Assembly (NCBI GenBank): GCA_023436925.1
Contig: JAEZHJ010000009.1
Location: 1,781-65,780, forward strand
Reading direction: 5' to 3'
DNA length: 64,000 bases
DNA from: Actinomycetes bacterium
GTDB taxonomy: Bacteria > Actinomycetota > Actinomycetes > Propionibacteriales > Propionibacteriaceae
Made by a program: the position numbers and the translations under genes. This document shows positions 1-12,032 of this stretch, one piece after another; the first letter of the stretch is position 1; each line of letters begins with the position of its first letter. The notes below the pieces were generated by a model. It saw only the letters and a program-made list of their open reading frames with translations, did not search any database and was not told the origin of the DNA.

Positions 1-377
1 CGGGCCTCTCGCCGTCGAACTTCCTGCTCTACTTCAACATGTACCAACCGATGACCGAAGGCATCAAGCAGCTCGATTTCGGCGTCCTGATCCCGGTCGG
101 GATCGGCGCGGTGCTGTGTGTCTTCGCCTTCGCCAAGGCGGTCAGCAAGCTGCTCGAGATCGCCTACCCGGTGGTCTTCCACGTCATCATCGGCATCGTG
201 ATCGGCTCGACCGCGATCATCGTGCCCACGGTGGACGAGCACCTGTCGCTGGATCCGCTCGGCTGGCTGATCACCGTGGCGCTCGCCGTGGCCGGGATTG
301 CCCTCGGCCTGTGGATGGGCCGGCTGGAGGACCAGTACAAGACCCCCGACAGGGCAACCTCGGACGCCACCGCCTGA
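1..377 (+). CDS. Polytopic membrane protein, C-terminal part (gene starts upstream of the window); DUF368 / polyprenyl-phosphate-translocase-like (tentative)
   Basis: The frame is open from base 3 to TGA 375-377; track ORF 39..377 is its in-window Met version. The translation is a run of hydrophobic helices (GVLIPVGIGAVLCVFAFAKAV, VVFHVIIGIVIGSTAIIVPT, LGWLITVALAVAGIALGLWMG). The family name is recalled from the general DUF368 pattern, not searched. Confidence 0.5.
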   Translation, partial: GLSPSNFLLYFNMYQPMTEGIKQLDFGVLIPVGIGAVLCVFAFAKAVSKLLEIAYPVVFHVIIGIVIGSTAIIVPTVDEHLSLDPLGWLITVALAVAGIALGLWMGRLEDQYKTPDRATSDATA

Positions 378-378
378 C

Positions 379-1020
379 GTGGACGACGAGTACCGCCAGC
401 TGCGGTCAGACGACACGCCCGGGGTCGGGCCTCACCCGACGCCGTGGCCCGACGACCCACGGCTGGACCCTGACCTGCTCGCCGGCGGCGACCGGCGCAA
501 CGTGATCGATCGGTACCGCTATTGGCGGCTGGAGGAGATCGTCGCCGACCTCGACACCCGGCGCCACGACCTGCACGTCGCGATCCAGAACTGGGAGCAC
601 GACTTCAACATCGGCTCCATCGTGCGGACGGCCAATGCGTTCAACGTCGGCGGCGTCCACATCCTCGGGCGGCGGCGCTGGAACCGGCGCGGCGCCATGG
701 TCACCGACCGTTACCTCAGCGTCTGCCACCACGAGACGGTGGCCGACTTCGCCGCCTGGGCGGCGGCCGAGGAGGTCGACCTGATCGGGGTGGACAACCT
801 GCCGGGGTCGGTGCCGCTGGAGGGCGTCCAACTGCCGCGTCGGTGCTGCCTGGTCTTCGGGTCCGAGGGCCCCGGGCTGACCGAGGAGATGGTGGCGGCC
901 TGCAGCGGCCTCGTCGCGATCACCCAGTACGGCTCGACCCGCTCGCTTAACGCCGGCGCCGCAGCCGCGATCGCCATGTACCACTGGGCCCGGGACTGGG
1001 CCGGGCGACCCGCCACCTGA
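379..1020 (+). CDS. TrmH/SpoU-family (SPOUT) RNA 2'-O-methyltransferase
   Basis: Track ORF 298..1020. GTG 379 lies 2 nt after the upstream stop and removes an Arg/Pro-rich extension that overlaps the previous gene. SPOUT motifs are present: NIGSIVRTANAFNV, CLVFGSEGPGL, ITQYGSTRSLNAGAAAAIAMY. Confidence 0.8.
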   Translation: MDDEYRQLRSDDTPGVGPHPTPWPDDPRLDPDLLAGGDRRNVIDRYRYWRLEEIVADLDTRRHDLHVAIQNWEHDFNIGSIVRTANAFNVGGVHILGRRRWNRRGAMVTDRYLSVCHHETVADFAAWAAAEEVDLIGVDNLPGSVPLEGVQLPRRCCLVFGSEGPGLTEEMVAACSGLVAITQYGSTRSLNAGAAAAIAMYHWARDWAGRPAT

Positions 1021-1049
1021 CGACGGGACCGGTACGCGCCACCTCCGCC

Positions 1050-1055
1050 TACGAT
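1050..1055 (+). promoter_or_regulatory. -10 hexamer TACGAT, 6 nt upstream of GTG 1062 (leaderless geometry)
   Basis: TACGAT 1050-1055, spacer gggcgg, GTG 1062-1064; no Shine-Dalgarno is possible in 6 nt. Confidence 0.4.
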
Positions 1056-1061
1056 GGGCGG

Positions 1062-1583
1062 GTGAGCGGCGACGAGTTCGGGATCTACTACCAGCCCGAG
1101 CTGGCCGCTGCCCGCGTCGCCCGCACCAGGCGCAGCCTGGTCTGGCGGTTCGGCTGGACGCTTGTGCTGGTCGGCGTGGGAGTGGTCGGCTGGATCGTCT
1201 ACCCCGACGAGTTCGGGCCGTCCGCGCCGTGGTTCATCGGCTCGGCCGCCGTGATCGGACTCGCGCTGGGCAGCTGGGAGATCGTGCAGTTCATCAAGGC
1301 CCGCTCCGATGCGAAGCGGGTCTGGCCCGGGCTGGCGCTGGGCGCCAACCGGGACGGCGTCCTGGTCGGCCGGGACTGGTTGCCCTGGCCGGAGGTCGGC
1401 TCGCTGGAGATGCTGCCGGGCCGGTTGGGTTCCTCGTCCCGGCTGGTCGCCACCGCCCGCGACCAACGCAGCCAGGAGGTGCTGCTCGACTACACCGACG
1501 TGCTTCCGGCCAGTCTCGACTCCGCGATCGTGGCGTTGTCGGGCGGTCGGGCCCGGGTCGACCTGTCCCGGCTGGACGCGTGA
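1062..1583 (+). CDS. Hypothetical membrane protein (two predicted TM helices, soluble C-terminal domain)
   Basis: Track ORF of 173 aa with high third-position GC. Two hydrophobic stretches are present (WTLVLVGVGVVGWIVY, WFIGSAAVIGLALGSW). I recognise no family motif. Confidence 0.5.
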   Translation: MSGDEFGIYYQPELAAARVARTRRSLVWRFGWTLVLVGVGVVGWIVYPDEFGPSAPWFIGSAAVIGLALGSWEIVQFIKARSDAKRVWPGLALGANRDGVLVGRDWLPWPEVGSLEMLPGRLGSSSRLVATARDQRSQEVLLDYTDVLPASLDSAIVALSGGRARVDLSRLDA

Positions 1584-1706
1584 TGCGTCCGGTGAGGGGG
1601 TTCGGATGCCGTCGCGAGTACGCACCACTGCCCGGGATTTGAAAGACTGAGACAGACGCCCCGCCCGCGGCCGCGCGGGTGAGCCACCTGAGAGAGGTTT
1701 TGCCAG

Positions 1707-2729
<1,023 letters not shown>

Positions 2730-2747
2730 ACCACCTGCACCACGACG

Positions 2748-2775
2748 GTGGGCCGGTCCTGCGGGGCCGGCCCAC
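2748..2775. terminator. GC-rich hairpin between convergent fbaA and the CPBP gene
   Basis: GTGGGCCGG (2748-2756) pairs perfectly with CCGGCCCAC (2767-2775) across a 10-nt loop. There is no T-tract, which is common in actinobacteria. It sits in the 77-nt gap between two convergent stops. Confidence 0.45.
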
Positions 2776-2806
2776 TGCCGTCTCCGGTCGGACGCGGCGC
2801 GCCCGG

Positions 2807-3727
2807 TCAGCCTCCGCCGGGGGTCACCGAGCCGGCGGCCAGGAAGGTGAAGATCGCCACGTCCATCACGAAGTGGATGAACCAGGCCCACAACAGGCCC
2901 TTCGTCTCCAGCATGCTGCGGCCGAGCAGCCAGCCGAGCGCCGCCGACATGACGACGCCCACGATCCCGTAGGGAACGCCGTAGTAGTGGGCGATCCCGA
3001 AGTAGGCAGCGGTGATCAGCAGGCCGTGCGTGGCGCCCACGACCGGCTGCAGTGCGGCCAGCTGGGGCGCCCGGTAGGTGACCTCCTCGCCGAAGGCGTT
3101 GATCGCGGCGAACCCGAGCACGAAGGGCAGCAGCGGGACGGCGGCAGCCAGGTTCGCCAACGGCGCCCCGCCGGCCAGCAGCAGGAAGGTGAACGTGCCG
3201 CCGGCCAGACAGACGGTCAGGATCGGCGCCAGCCGGTTCCAGCGGGTCGGCTTCAGCATCCCGATGCCCCGGATCGGCGCCGCCGGGGCAGTCAGGTCAC
3301 CCCGCGCGAGAAAGAATGCCCGCCGGTCACCGAACAGCGGCAGCGCCGCCGCGATCACCACCAGGGCCAGGGCGAGCCGGGGCGCCTGCACCGCGGCCAT
3401 GGCCGCCACGAAGCCGCCTCCCTCGCCGCTGATGAGTGGGGCCAGCCAGGTCGCCACCGCGAACACCAGCCACTCCGCGATGTGGACGATCCCGAAGATC
3501 GCCACCACCAGCTTCAGCGGGCGACAGCGCTCGACCACGGACGTGGCCGCCAGAGCCGCCAGGAGCGCGGCGAGCTGGGCCGGCCGCACCCACGCCAGGC
3601 CGTCCGGCCAGAGTTCCTGCACGAGGATCCTCGGCAGGGCCGAGGCCGCGAGCATCACCAGCCAGGCGCCCAGCGCCAGGGGTGAGCGGGCCCGTGGCCT
3701 GGCCCGGCTTGCCGCTTCAGCGACCAT
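2807..3727 (-). CDS. CPBP-family intramembrane glutamic endopeptidase (CAAX protease-like)
   Basis: This is the C-terminal 306 codons of track ORF 2807..4720, starting at ATG 3727 (MVAEAASRARPR...). The product is multi-TM and carries the three CPBP motifs: GEEVTYR (EExxxR), YFGIAHYY (FxxxH) and HFVMDVA (HxxxD). The upstream 330 codons of the track ORF overlap the opposite-strand CSD gene and are Arg/Pro/Gly-rich. Confidence 0.8.
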   Translation of the reverse strand: MVAEAASRARPRARSPLALGAWLVMLAASALPRILVQELWPDGLAWVRPAQLAALLAALAATSVVERCRPLKLVVAIFGIVHIAEWLVFAVATWLAPLISGEGGGFVAAMAAVQAPRLALALVVIAAALPLFGDRRAFFLARGDLTAPAAPIRGIGMLKPTRWNRLAPILTVCLAGGTFTFLLLAGGAPLANLAAAVPLLPFVLGFAAINAFGEEVTYRAPQLAALQPVVGATHGLLITAAYFGIAHYYGVPYGIVGVVMSAALGWLLGRSMLETKGLLWAWFIHFVMDVAIFTFLAAGSVTPGGG

Positions 3728-3847
3728 GGCGCACAGGATGGCAGCCGCCCGGGTCACCCGACTGCCCTGATCCACGCGACACGCGGGTGGGGACGCAGCC
3801 GAACCGGCGCGGTCCGGCCGCGTTGCCGGCGAGACCCGTCGGCCCGA

Positions 3848-3853
3848 TAGCAT
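3848..3853 (+). promoter_or_regulatory. -10 hexamer TAGCAT, 6 nt upstream of GTG 3860 (leaderless geometry)
   Basis: TAGCAT 3848-3853, spacer ccggtc, GTG 3860-3862. Confidence 0.4.
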
Positions 3854-3859
3854 CCGGTC

Positions 3860-5951
<2,092 letters not shown>

Positions 5952-6311
5952 GGGTCGCAGGATCCGTCAGAACCTGGATCGTCCCATCATGTGGACGCCG
6001 ACCGGGTCGAGTTCGCTGCTCTGACTACGGGTTTCGCGTCGCCCCCTGATGTTCACTTCGTCGTTACTTGGCTGACAGGTGCATCGACCTACGGTGGATG
6101 GGTCCGGTGGAAGAGCTCGCCGGGCAGGTCGCCTGAGGGCGGCCGGCGCGGCAGACCGGAGGTCCCGGCTGCCGGCGATGCACCGGTGGCCCGTACGGCC
6201 GGCCGGTTCCCGCGGTCGTCGCGGCGGTCACAGAACCGTCGACGCTGAGCCGCCACCACCCCAATGACGCAGCGCAGGGCTGATCCCTGCGCGTCCCCGA
6301 AACGAGGTGCG

Positions 6312-7970
6312 ATGCCCGCACACGACCTTCGTCGGGTCGACAGGTTCGACCCGACCACCCGAAGAGAACTGACCCGCAACCCCTACTCGCCGGTGATGAT
6401 CCTGCTCGTCCTGATCGCGACCGGCGGCATCCTGGCCTACACCGTCTTCCTGCTGAACCCGGCCAACCGGGGCGACTGGCTGCCGTACCTGCTGGTGATC
6501 GGCGCCGAAGCGCTCCTGGTGGCGCACGCCCTGCTGGCGATGTGGACGATCCTGGCCGGCTCCAAATCACCCCGCGACGAGGGCTACTACGCCGTCCGCC
6601 GCACCCTGTTCGGCGACCACACCCCGACCCCGGCCTATCGGCCCAGCTCCGACTGGCCGCTGTTGATCCACTCCGAACCGGTCAACGTGGCGGTGTTCAT
6701 CACCTGCTACGGCGAGCCGGTCGAGGTGATCGGACGGACCGCCGAGGCGGCCCGCGACCTGTGGGGCCGGCACACCACCTGGATCCTCGACGACGGCCAG
6801 TCCGACGAGGTGCGCGACCTGGCCGCCGACCTCGGGGTCAACTACCTGCGCCGGCTGTCCAGCAGCGGGGCCAAGGCGGGCAACATCAACCACGCCCTGA
6901 GCGTGGTGTCCTGCGACTTCTTCTGCGTCTTCGACGCCGACTTCGTGCCCAAGCCGGACTTCCTCTACGAGACCCTGCCCTTCTTCGGTGACGCCAACGT
7001 CGCCTTCGTCCAGACCCCGCAGAGCTACGGCAACCTGCACAACCTGGTCGCCCGCGGCGCCGGCTACATGCAGACCGTGTTCTACCGGTTCATCCAGCCC
7101 GGCCGTAACCACTTCAACGCCGCCTTCTGCGTCGGCACGAACGTGGTGTTCCGCCGGGCCGCGGTGGACGACATCGGTGGGATCTACACCGACTCCAAGT
7201 CGGAGGACGTGTGGACCTCCCTGATGATCCACGAGCGCGGCTGGCGCACCATCTACATTCCCGAGGTGCTGGCCGTCGGCGACGCACCCGACACGATCGA
7301 GGCCTACACCAAGCAGCAGCTGCGCTGGGCCACCGGCGGCTTCGAGATCCTGTTCACCCACAACCCGCTCAGCCCGCGCCATCCGCTGACCGTGGACCAG
7401 CGACTGATGTACCTGGTCACCGCGACCCACTACGCCACCGGAATCATGCCGGGGGTGCTGATGCTGGTTCCCGCGCTGGAGATCTTCTTCGATCTGCGCC
7501 CGGTGATGCTCGGTACCTCGCTGACCAGCTGGCTGCTGTTCTACGCCGGCTTCTACCTCATGCAGGTCGTGCTCGCCTTCTACACCCTGGGCTCGTTCCG
7601 CTGGCAGGTCCTGCTGCTGTCCGCCGCGTCCTTCCCGATCTACACCCGGGCGCTGGTCAATGCCTTCATCGGCAAGGAGCAGAAGTGGCACGTCACCGGA
7701 GCGAAGACCCGCAAGACCTCGCCGTTCAACTTCGTCCGGCCCCAGGTGTACGTGTTCACCTTCCTGGTCCTCACCGGGGCAGTCGGGATCTGGCGCGACG
7801 TCGAGAACGGGCAGTTCGCCCTGGCCACCGCCTGGAGCCTGACCAACGCCGCCTTCCTGGGCGCCTTCCTGTTGGCGGCGCTGCGCGAGGCCTTCACCCC
7901 TGAACCCACCATCGAGCCGGCCAGGCGCGCGCAGCAGCGGGTGCCGGCCGTCGCCGGGAGGACATCATGA
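6312..7970 (+). CDS. Membrane-embedded family-2 glycosyltransferase, processive beta-glycan synthase type (BcsA/CrdS/CslA-like)
   Basis: Track ORF 6264..7970; ATG 6312 has a GAGG ribosome-binding site. N-terminal TM helices are followed by a GT-A core with ILDDG, FDADF (about 6929-6943), SED (7200-7208) and QQLRW (7314-7328). Several C-terminal TM helices follow. Confidence 0.85.
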   Translation: MPAHDLRRVDRFDPTTRRELTRNPYSPVMILLVLIATGGILAYTVFLLNPANRGDWLPYLLVIGAEALLVAHALLAMWTILAGSKSPRDEGYYAVRRTLFGDHTPTPAYRPSSDWPLLIHSEPVNVAVFITCYGEPVEVIGRTAEAARDLWGRHTTWILDDGQSDEVRDLAADLGVNYLRRLSSSGAKAGNINHALSVVSCDFFCVFDADFVPKPDFLYETLPFFGDANVAFVQTPQSYGNLHNLVARGAGYMQTVFYRFIQPGRNHFNAAFCVGTNVVFRRAAVDDIGGIYTDSKSEDVWTSLMIHERGWRTIYIPEVLAVGDAPDTIEAYTKQQLRWATGGFEILFTHNPLSPRHPLTVDQRLMYLVTATHYATGIMPGVLMLVPALEIFFDLRPVMLGTSLTSWLLFYAGFYLMQVVLAFYTLGSFRWQVLLLSAASFPIYTRALVNAFIGKEQKWHVTGAKTRKTSPFNFVRPQVYVFTFLVLTGAVGIWRDVENGQFALATAWSLTNAAFLGAFLLAALREAFTPEPTIEPARRAQQRVPAVAGRTS

Positions 7971-8701
7971 CCTGGACCAACAGACTGCGAATGCTCGGCG
8001 GCATCCTTGCCGTCTTCGTGCTGGTCGGCGGCCTGACCGTCATCTTCAACCAGCGCCAGCACACCATCACCAGCTTCACCGGGAACGTCGCCGCGCAGGT
8101 GTACACCGTCGGGGCCGACTACCCCGGGACGGTGGTGGACCAGCGCGTCGAGGAGGGCGACCGGGTCCGCGAGGGCCAGCCGCTGTTCACCGTGCAGAGC
8201 CTGCAACTGAGACAGGACCTGCGCCACGGCCTGAAGGTGTCGGACACCGACGCCTACAAGATCGACAAGAAGAAGGGGCTGATCAGCTACTTCGCCGTGG
8301 TCGACGGCGAGATCGGACGGCTGGACGCCCGGCAGGGCAACTCGCTGCCCGGCGGCACCGCACTGGCCACCCTGACCGCGGACGGCGACCGGTACATCGA
8401 GGCGCGGTTCCGGCTCGTCCCGCGGGACTACGCCAGGGTCCATCCGGGGTCCCCGGCCCGCATCACGCTGCCGAACGACACGATCATCGACGGCGAGGTG
8501 GCCGCGGTCGCGGTCGAGACCGGCGAGACCGGCACGGTCAGCACGCTGCGGGTCGAGTCCGCGGACCTGCCCTCGGTGGCACCCGCCCTCGGCAAGCCGG
8601 GCACGCCGGTGACCGTGACCGTCGAATTGGACGACACCGGACCGCTGACCGGCGTCAGCGACCAGCTCAAGGACTTCCTGGCCAAGGTAGGCCTGCGATG
8701 A
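7967..8701 (+). CDS. HlyD/membrane-fusion-like adaptor protein (single N-terminal TM helix, barrel-sandwich hybrid domain)
   Basis: The start overlaps the GT2 stop (ATGA, 7967-7970). A TM helix (LGGILAVFVLVGGLTVIF) is followed by YPGTVVDQRVEEGDRVREGQPLFTVQS and ARITLPNDTIIDGEVAAV, which look like the split lipoyl-like halves of MFP/HlyD proteins. Confidence 0.65.
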   Translation: MTWTNRLRMLGGILAVFVLVGGLTVIFNQRQHTITSFTGNVAAQVYTVGADYPGTVVDQRVEEGDRVREGQPLFTVQSLQLRQDLRHGLKVSDTDAYKIDKKKGLISYFAVVDGEIGRLDARQGNSLPGGTALATLTADGDRYIEARFRLVPRDYARVHPGSPARITLPNDTIIDGEVAAVAVETGETGTVSTLRVESADLPSVAPALGKPGTPVTVTVELDDTGPLTGVSDQLKDFLAKVGLR

Positions 8702-10707
8702 GGACCCGACACCGCGCCGGCCTGGTTGCCGGCCTGTTCCTGCTGCTCGCCGGGTGCTCCCCGCCGGCGGCGCCCCCGTCCGGCTCGCCCCCGGCGGGGA
8801 AGCCGTCCGGCACCCCCGCCGAGGTGCTCGGCGACGCCACCGTGGCACCCCTGGTGGCAGCGCTGCCGCAGCGCACCGTCAAGGAGTTGCCGGCCGGCCG
8901 GCTCGCCGACGGGCTGACCCCGCCCACCAACCGGTGGTACTCGGGGCTGGTCTTCGGCGCCGACCCGCAGCCGGTCTTCCCGCTGCCGCTCGGCTTCGCG
9001 CTGACCGCCGACGGGTTCGCCCTCGGCCTGCCCCGGGTGGTCGCGAACCCGACCACCATCGCCGGCGGGTTCGTACCCGATGTGACGGTCGGGGTGGGAG
9101 CCGACCGAGCCGTGGTCGCCACCTCCGACGCGTCCGTCGTGGGCATCGACCAACTCGCCGCCGACGGCCAGGTGCTGGGGCGGGTCACCATCGCCCAGGG
9201 CTCGCCGTTCGTGTCCTGGGTGGCCGGACGCGCCGGCCGGGTGACAGTTCCGGCCGGGTTCGAACCGGCGGGCGACGGCCTGTACGCCGCCACCCTCGGC
9301 GGGTTGCGGTACGCCCTGCTGGCCCCGGACGCGACCGTGTCCGGTACCGAGGCGGAGGTGCCCGCCGGCGCCAGCCTGGTGTTCTGGCCCGTGCCCGAGG
9401 GCGGCGAGGTGACAGAGCTCGCTCAGGCGGCGTCGCATCTGGTCACGGGCTCCGAGGTCGGCTACCAGGTCGGGCAGGACGAGGTCACCACCTCCCTGAC
9501 CTACCTCGCCGACGGCCCGACCGCGATCGCGCGGCTGCCGCACCAGGGCGGCGGCGAGGGCTGCGACCTGGGCAGCTACCCGTCCGTGCTGGGCACCATG
9601 CAGCTCTGCGCGGGCTCGACGCTGACCTGGACGGCACCTCGCCTGGCCAGCAGCGCCGCCCTCGACCTGTCCGGCCTGGACGCCGCCCGGCGCGACCGGC
9701 TGGCGGCCCAGCTCGAGGCCGACCTCGCCGCTGCGGCCGAGTTCCCCGCCGACACCTACTTCGGCGGCAAGGCCCTGCAGCGGGCCGCGATGCTGGTCAT
9801 GGTCGCCGACGAACTCGGCCTGACCGAGCAGGCCGACCGGGCGGCCGCCGTGCTCGACGAGCAGCTGACCCGCTGGCTGGACCCGGCCGGTTGCACCGGG
9901 CGGGACGCGTCCTGCTTCGTCTACGACCCGGCCGGCAAGGGCATCGTGGGGCTCACCCCGTCCTTCGGTAGCGACGAGTACAACGACCACCACTTCCACT
10001 ACGGCTACTTCCTGTACGCCGCGGCGGTCCTCGCACGGCACGACCCCGGCGTGGTCGAGCGGTACGCGCCGGTGATGACCCTGCTGGCCGCCGACATCGC
10101 CAGTTCGGGCGGGGAGTACTTCCCGGCCCGGCGGGCCTTCGACCCGTACAACTCGCACTCCTGGGCCTCGGGCACCGCCCCGTTCGCCGACGGCAACAAC
10201 CAGGAGTCGGTGTCGGAGTCGGTCAACGCTTACGCGGGCCTCGAACTGTGGGCCGAGGCCGCCGGCGACGAGGCGCTGGCCACCGAGGCGGCCTGGATGG
10301 CCTCCGCGGAGGCGCAGGCCGGGCTGGCCTACTGGACCAACGCCGACTTCTCCGAGTTCCCGGGCTACACCGCCGGCATCGCCTCGCTGGTCTGGGGCGG
10401 CAAGCGCGACTACGCCACCTGGTTCTCCCCGGAACCCGCGGCGAAGCTGGCCATCCTGCTGCTGCCGATGAGCCCGTCCTCGGCCTACCTGGCCGGCGAC
10501 CCGGAGCGGATCCGGGCCAATGTCGCCGAGGCGAGTGGCGGCAACTTCGCCCAGCAGTTCGGCGACTACCTGCTGATGTACTCGGCACTCGCCGGGCCGC
10601 AGGAGCGGGACGCGGCCCTGAAGGCTGCCGCCGACCTGCCCGACGACCTGATCGACGACGGGCTGTCGCGCACCTACCTGGAGGCCTGGCTGCTGAGCCG
10701 GTGGTGA
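8698..10707 (+). CDS. Lipoprotein glycoside hydrolase, family 81-like (endo-beta-1,3-glucanase family)
   Basis: The start overlaps the upstream stop (ATGA, 8698-8701). There is a lipobox (LLLAGC). YNDHHFHYGYFLY (9979-10017) and NNQESVSESVNAY (10195-10233) match the GH81 signature blocks as I recall them. Confidence 0.75.
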   Translation: MRTRHRAGLVAGLFLLLAGCSPPAAPPSGSPPAGKPSGTPAEVLGDATVAPLVAALPQRTVKELPAGRLADGLTPPTNRWYSGLVFGADPQPVFPLPLGFALTADGFALGLPRVVANPTTIAGGFVPDVTVGVGADRAVVATSDASVVGIDQLAADGQVLGRVTIAQGSPFVSWVAGRAGRVTVPAGFEPAGDGLYAATLGGLRYALLAPDATVSGTEAEVPAGASLVFWPVPEGGEVTELAQAASHLVTGSEVGYQVGQDEVTTSLTYLADGPTAIARLPHQGGGEGCDLGSYPSVLGTMQLCAGSTLTWTAPRLASSAALDLSGLDAARRDRLAAQLEADLAAAAEFPADTYFGGKALQRAAMLVMVADELGLTEQADRAAAVLDEQLTRWLDPAGCTGRDASCFVYDPAGKGIVGLTPSFGSDEYNDHHFHYGYFLYAAAVLARHDPGVVERYAPVMTLLAADIASSGGEYFPARRAFDPYNSHSWASGTAPFADGNNQESVSESVNAYAGLELWAEAAGDEALATEAAWMASAEAQAGLAYWTNADFSEFPGYTAGIASLVWGGKRDYATWFSPEPAAKLAILLLPMSPSSAYLAGDPERIRANVAEASGGNFAQQFGDYLLMYSALAGPQERDAALKAAADLPDDLIDDGLSRTYLEAWLLSRW

Positions 10708-10751
10708 TCCCGGTGCCCGGCCCTGGCCGGTCGCGCGGGGCCGGGCCTCGG

Positions 10752-10757
10752 TAGGAT
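10752..10757 (+). promoter_or_regulatory. -10 hexamer TAGGAT, 6 nt upstream of GTG 10764 (leaderless purD)
   Basis: TAGGAT 10752-10757, spacer cgcgcc, GTG 10764. Confidence 0.45.
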
Positions 10758-10763
10758 CGCGCC

Positions 10764-12032
10764 GTGACGGGATTGCGGGTGCTGGTGGTCGGCGGCGGCG
10801 GACGAGAGCACGCCCTGGCGTGGGCCCTGGCCCGCGACCCGGAGGTCGCCGAGGTCCACATCGCGCCCGGCAACCCCGGCACCGCACGGGTCGGCACGAA
10901 CCACCCGCTCGACCCGCTCGACGCCGACGCGGTCACCGCGCTCGCCGTCGGGCTGGATGCCGGCCTGGTGGTGATCGGGCCGGAGGCACCGCTGGTCGCC
11001 GGTGTCGCCGACGCCGTCCGGGCCGCCGGGATCCCGGTCTTCGGGCCGGGTCGCGAGGCAGCCCGGCTGGAGGGGTCGAAGGCCTTCGCCAAGGAGGTGA
11101 TGGCCGCCGCCGGAGTGCCCACCGCCCAGGCCCGGCTCTGCCTGACCACCGACGAGGTGGCCGCGGCGCTGGACCACTTCGGGCCGCCCTACGTGGTCAA
11201 GGACGACGGTCTGGCCGCCGGCAAGGGCGTCATCGTCACCGAGGAACGGGAGGCGGCGCTGCAGCACGCGGCCGGCTGCTCGCGGGTGGTGGTCGAGGAG
11301 TACCTCGACGGCCCGGAGGTGAGCCTGTTCGCGCTCTGTGACGGAACCGACGTGCTGGCCTTCGAGCCGGCCCAGGACTTCAAGCGGGTGGGGGACGGCG
11401 ACACCGGGCCCAACACCGGCGGGATGGGGGCCTACACCCCGCTGCCGTGGGCGCCACCCGGCCTGGTCGAGGACGTGGTCGCGCGGGTCATCCGTCCCAC
11501 CGTCGACGAACTGCGCCGCCGCGGCACCCCGTTCGTCGGGCTGCTCTACGCCGGTCTGGCGCTCACCTCCCGTGGCCTGCGGGTGGTCGAGTTCAACGCC
11601 CGGTTCGGCGACCCGGAGACCCAGCCGCTGCTGACCCGGCTGCGCACCCCACTGGGCGGGGTGCTGCTCGCCGCCGCCACCGGCCGGCTCGCCGGCCACC
11701 CACCGCTGGAGTGGGGCAGCGGCGCCGCCGTGGCCGTCGTGCTGGCCGCCGCCGGCTACCCCGAGCACCCCCGCACCGGGGACCCGATCAGCGGCGCTGA
11801 CGGCGAGACCGTCTTCCACGCCGGCACCGCCCTCGACGCGGACGGCCGCCTGGTCACCGCCGGGGGCCGCGTCCTGTCCGCGGTGGGCACCGGGGCGGAC
11901 CTCGCCGCGGCCCGGGCCGCCGCCTACGACCTGGCCGCCCGGATCAGCTTCGAGGGCGGGTTCTACCGCCATGACATCGCCGAGCGGGCCGCCGCCGGCG
12001 AGCCGACCGCGATGCCAGGAGCCGACCGATGA
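10764..12032 (+). CDS. purD: Phosphoribosylamine--glycine ligase (GAR synthetase)
   Basis: The 422-aa ORF starts (M)TGLRVLVVGGGGREHALAWAL and contains SKAFAKEVM and EFNARFGDPETQ, the ATP-grasp PurD hallmarks. Confidence 0.95.
   Translation: MTGLRVLVVGGGGREHALAWALARDPEVAEVHIAPGNPGTARVGTNHPLDPLDADAVTALAVGLDAGLVVIGPEAPLVAGVADAVRAAGIPVFGPGREAARLEGSKAFAKEVMAAAGVPTAQARLCLTTDEVAAALDHFGPPYVVKDDGLAAGKGVIVTEEREAALQHAAGCSRVVVEEYLDGPEVSLFALCDGTDVLAFEPAQDFKRVGDGDTGPNTGGMGAYTPLPWAPPGLVEDVVARVIRPTVDELRRRGTPFVGLLYAGLALTSRGLRVVEFNARFGDPETQPLLTRLRTPLGGVLLAAATGRLAGHPPLEWGSGAAVAVVLAAAGYPEHPRTGDPISGADGETVFHAGTALDADGRLVTAGGRVLSAVGTGADLAAARAAAYDLAARISFEGGFYRHDIAERAAAGEPTAMPGADR

Noticed and set aside
6170-6311. 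Possible c-di-GMP (GEMM-type) riboswitch upstream of the glycan synthase; GACGCTGAGCC at 6241-6251 vaguely resembles the conserved ACGCAAAGCC element.
   Set aside because: Only one short partial match is present. I could not find the paired GGCAAACC-type first hairpin or the tetraloop/receptor arrangement. I kept only the plain hairpin 6272-6292 as a low-interest observation.
7967-8701. HlyD-like gene as part of a type I secretion system for the RTX-rich giant protein.
   Set aside because: It is translationally coupled on both sides to the GT2 synthase and the GH81 lipoprotein and lies 19 kb upstream, separated by about 15 unrelated genes. No ABC transporter gene is present in the window.
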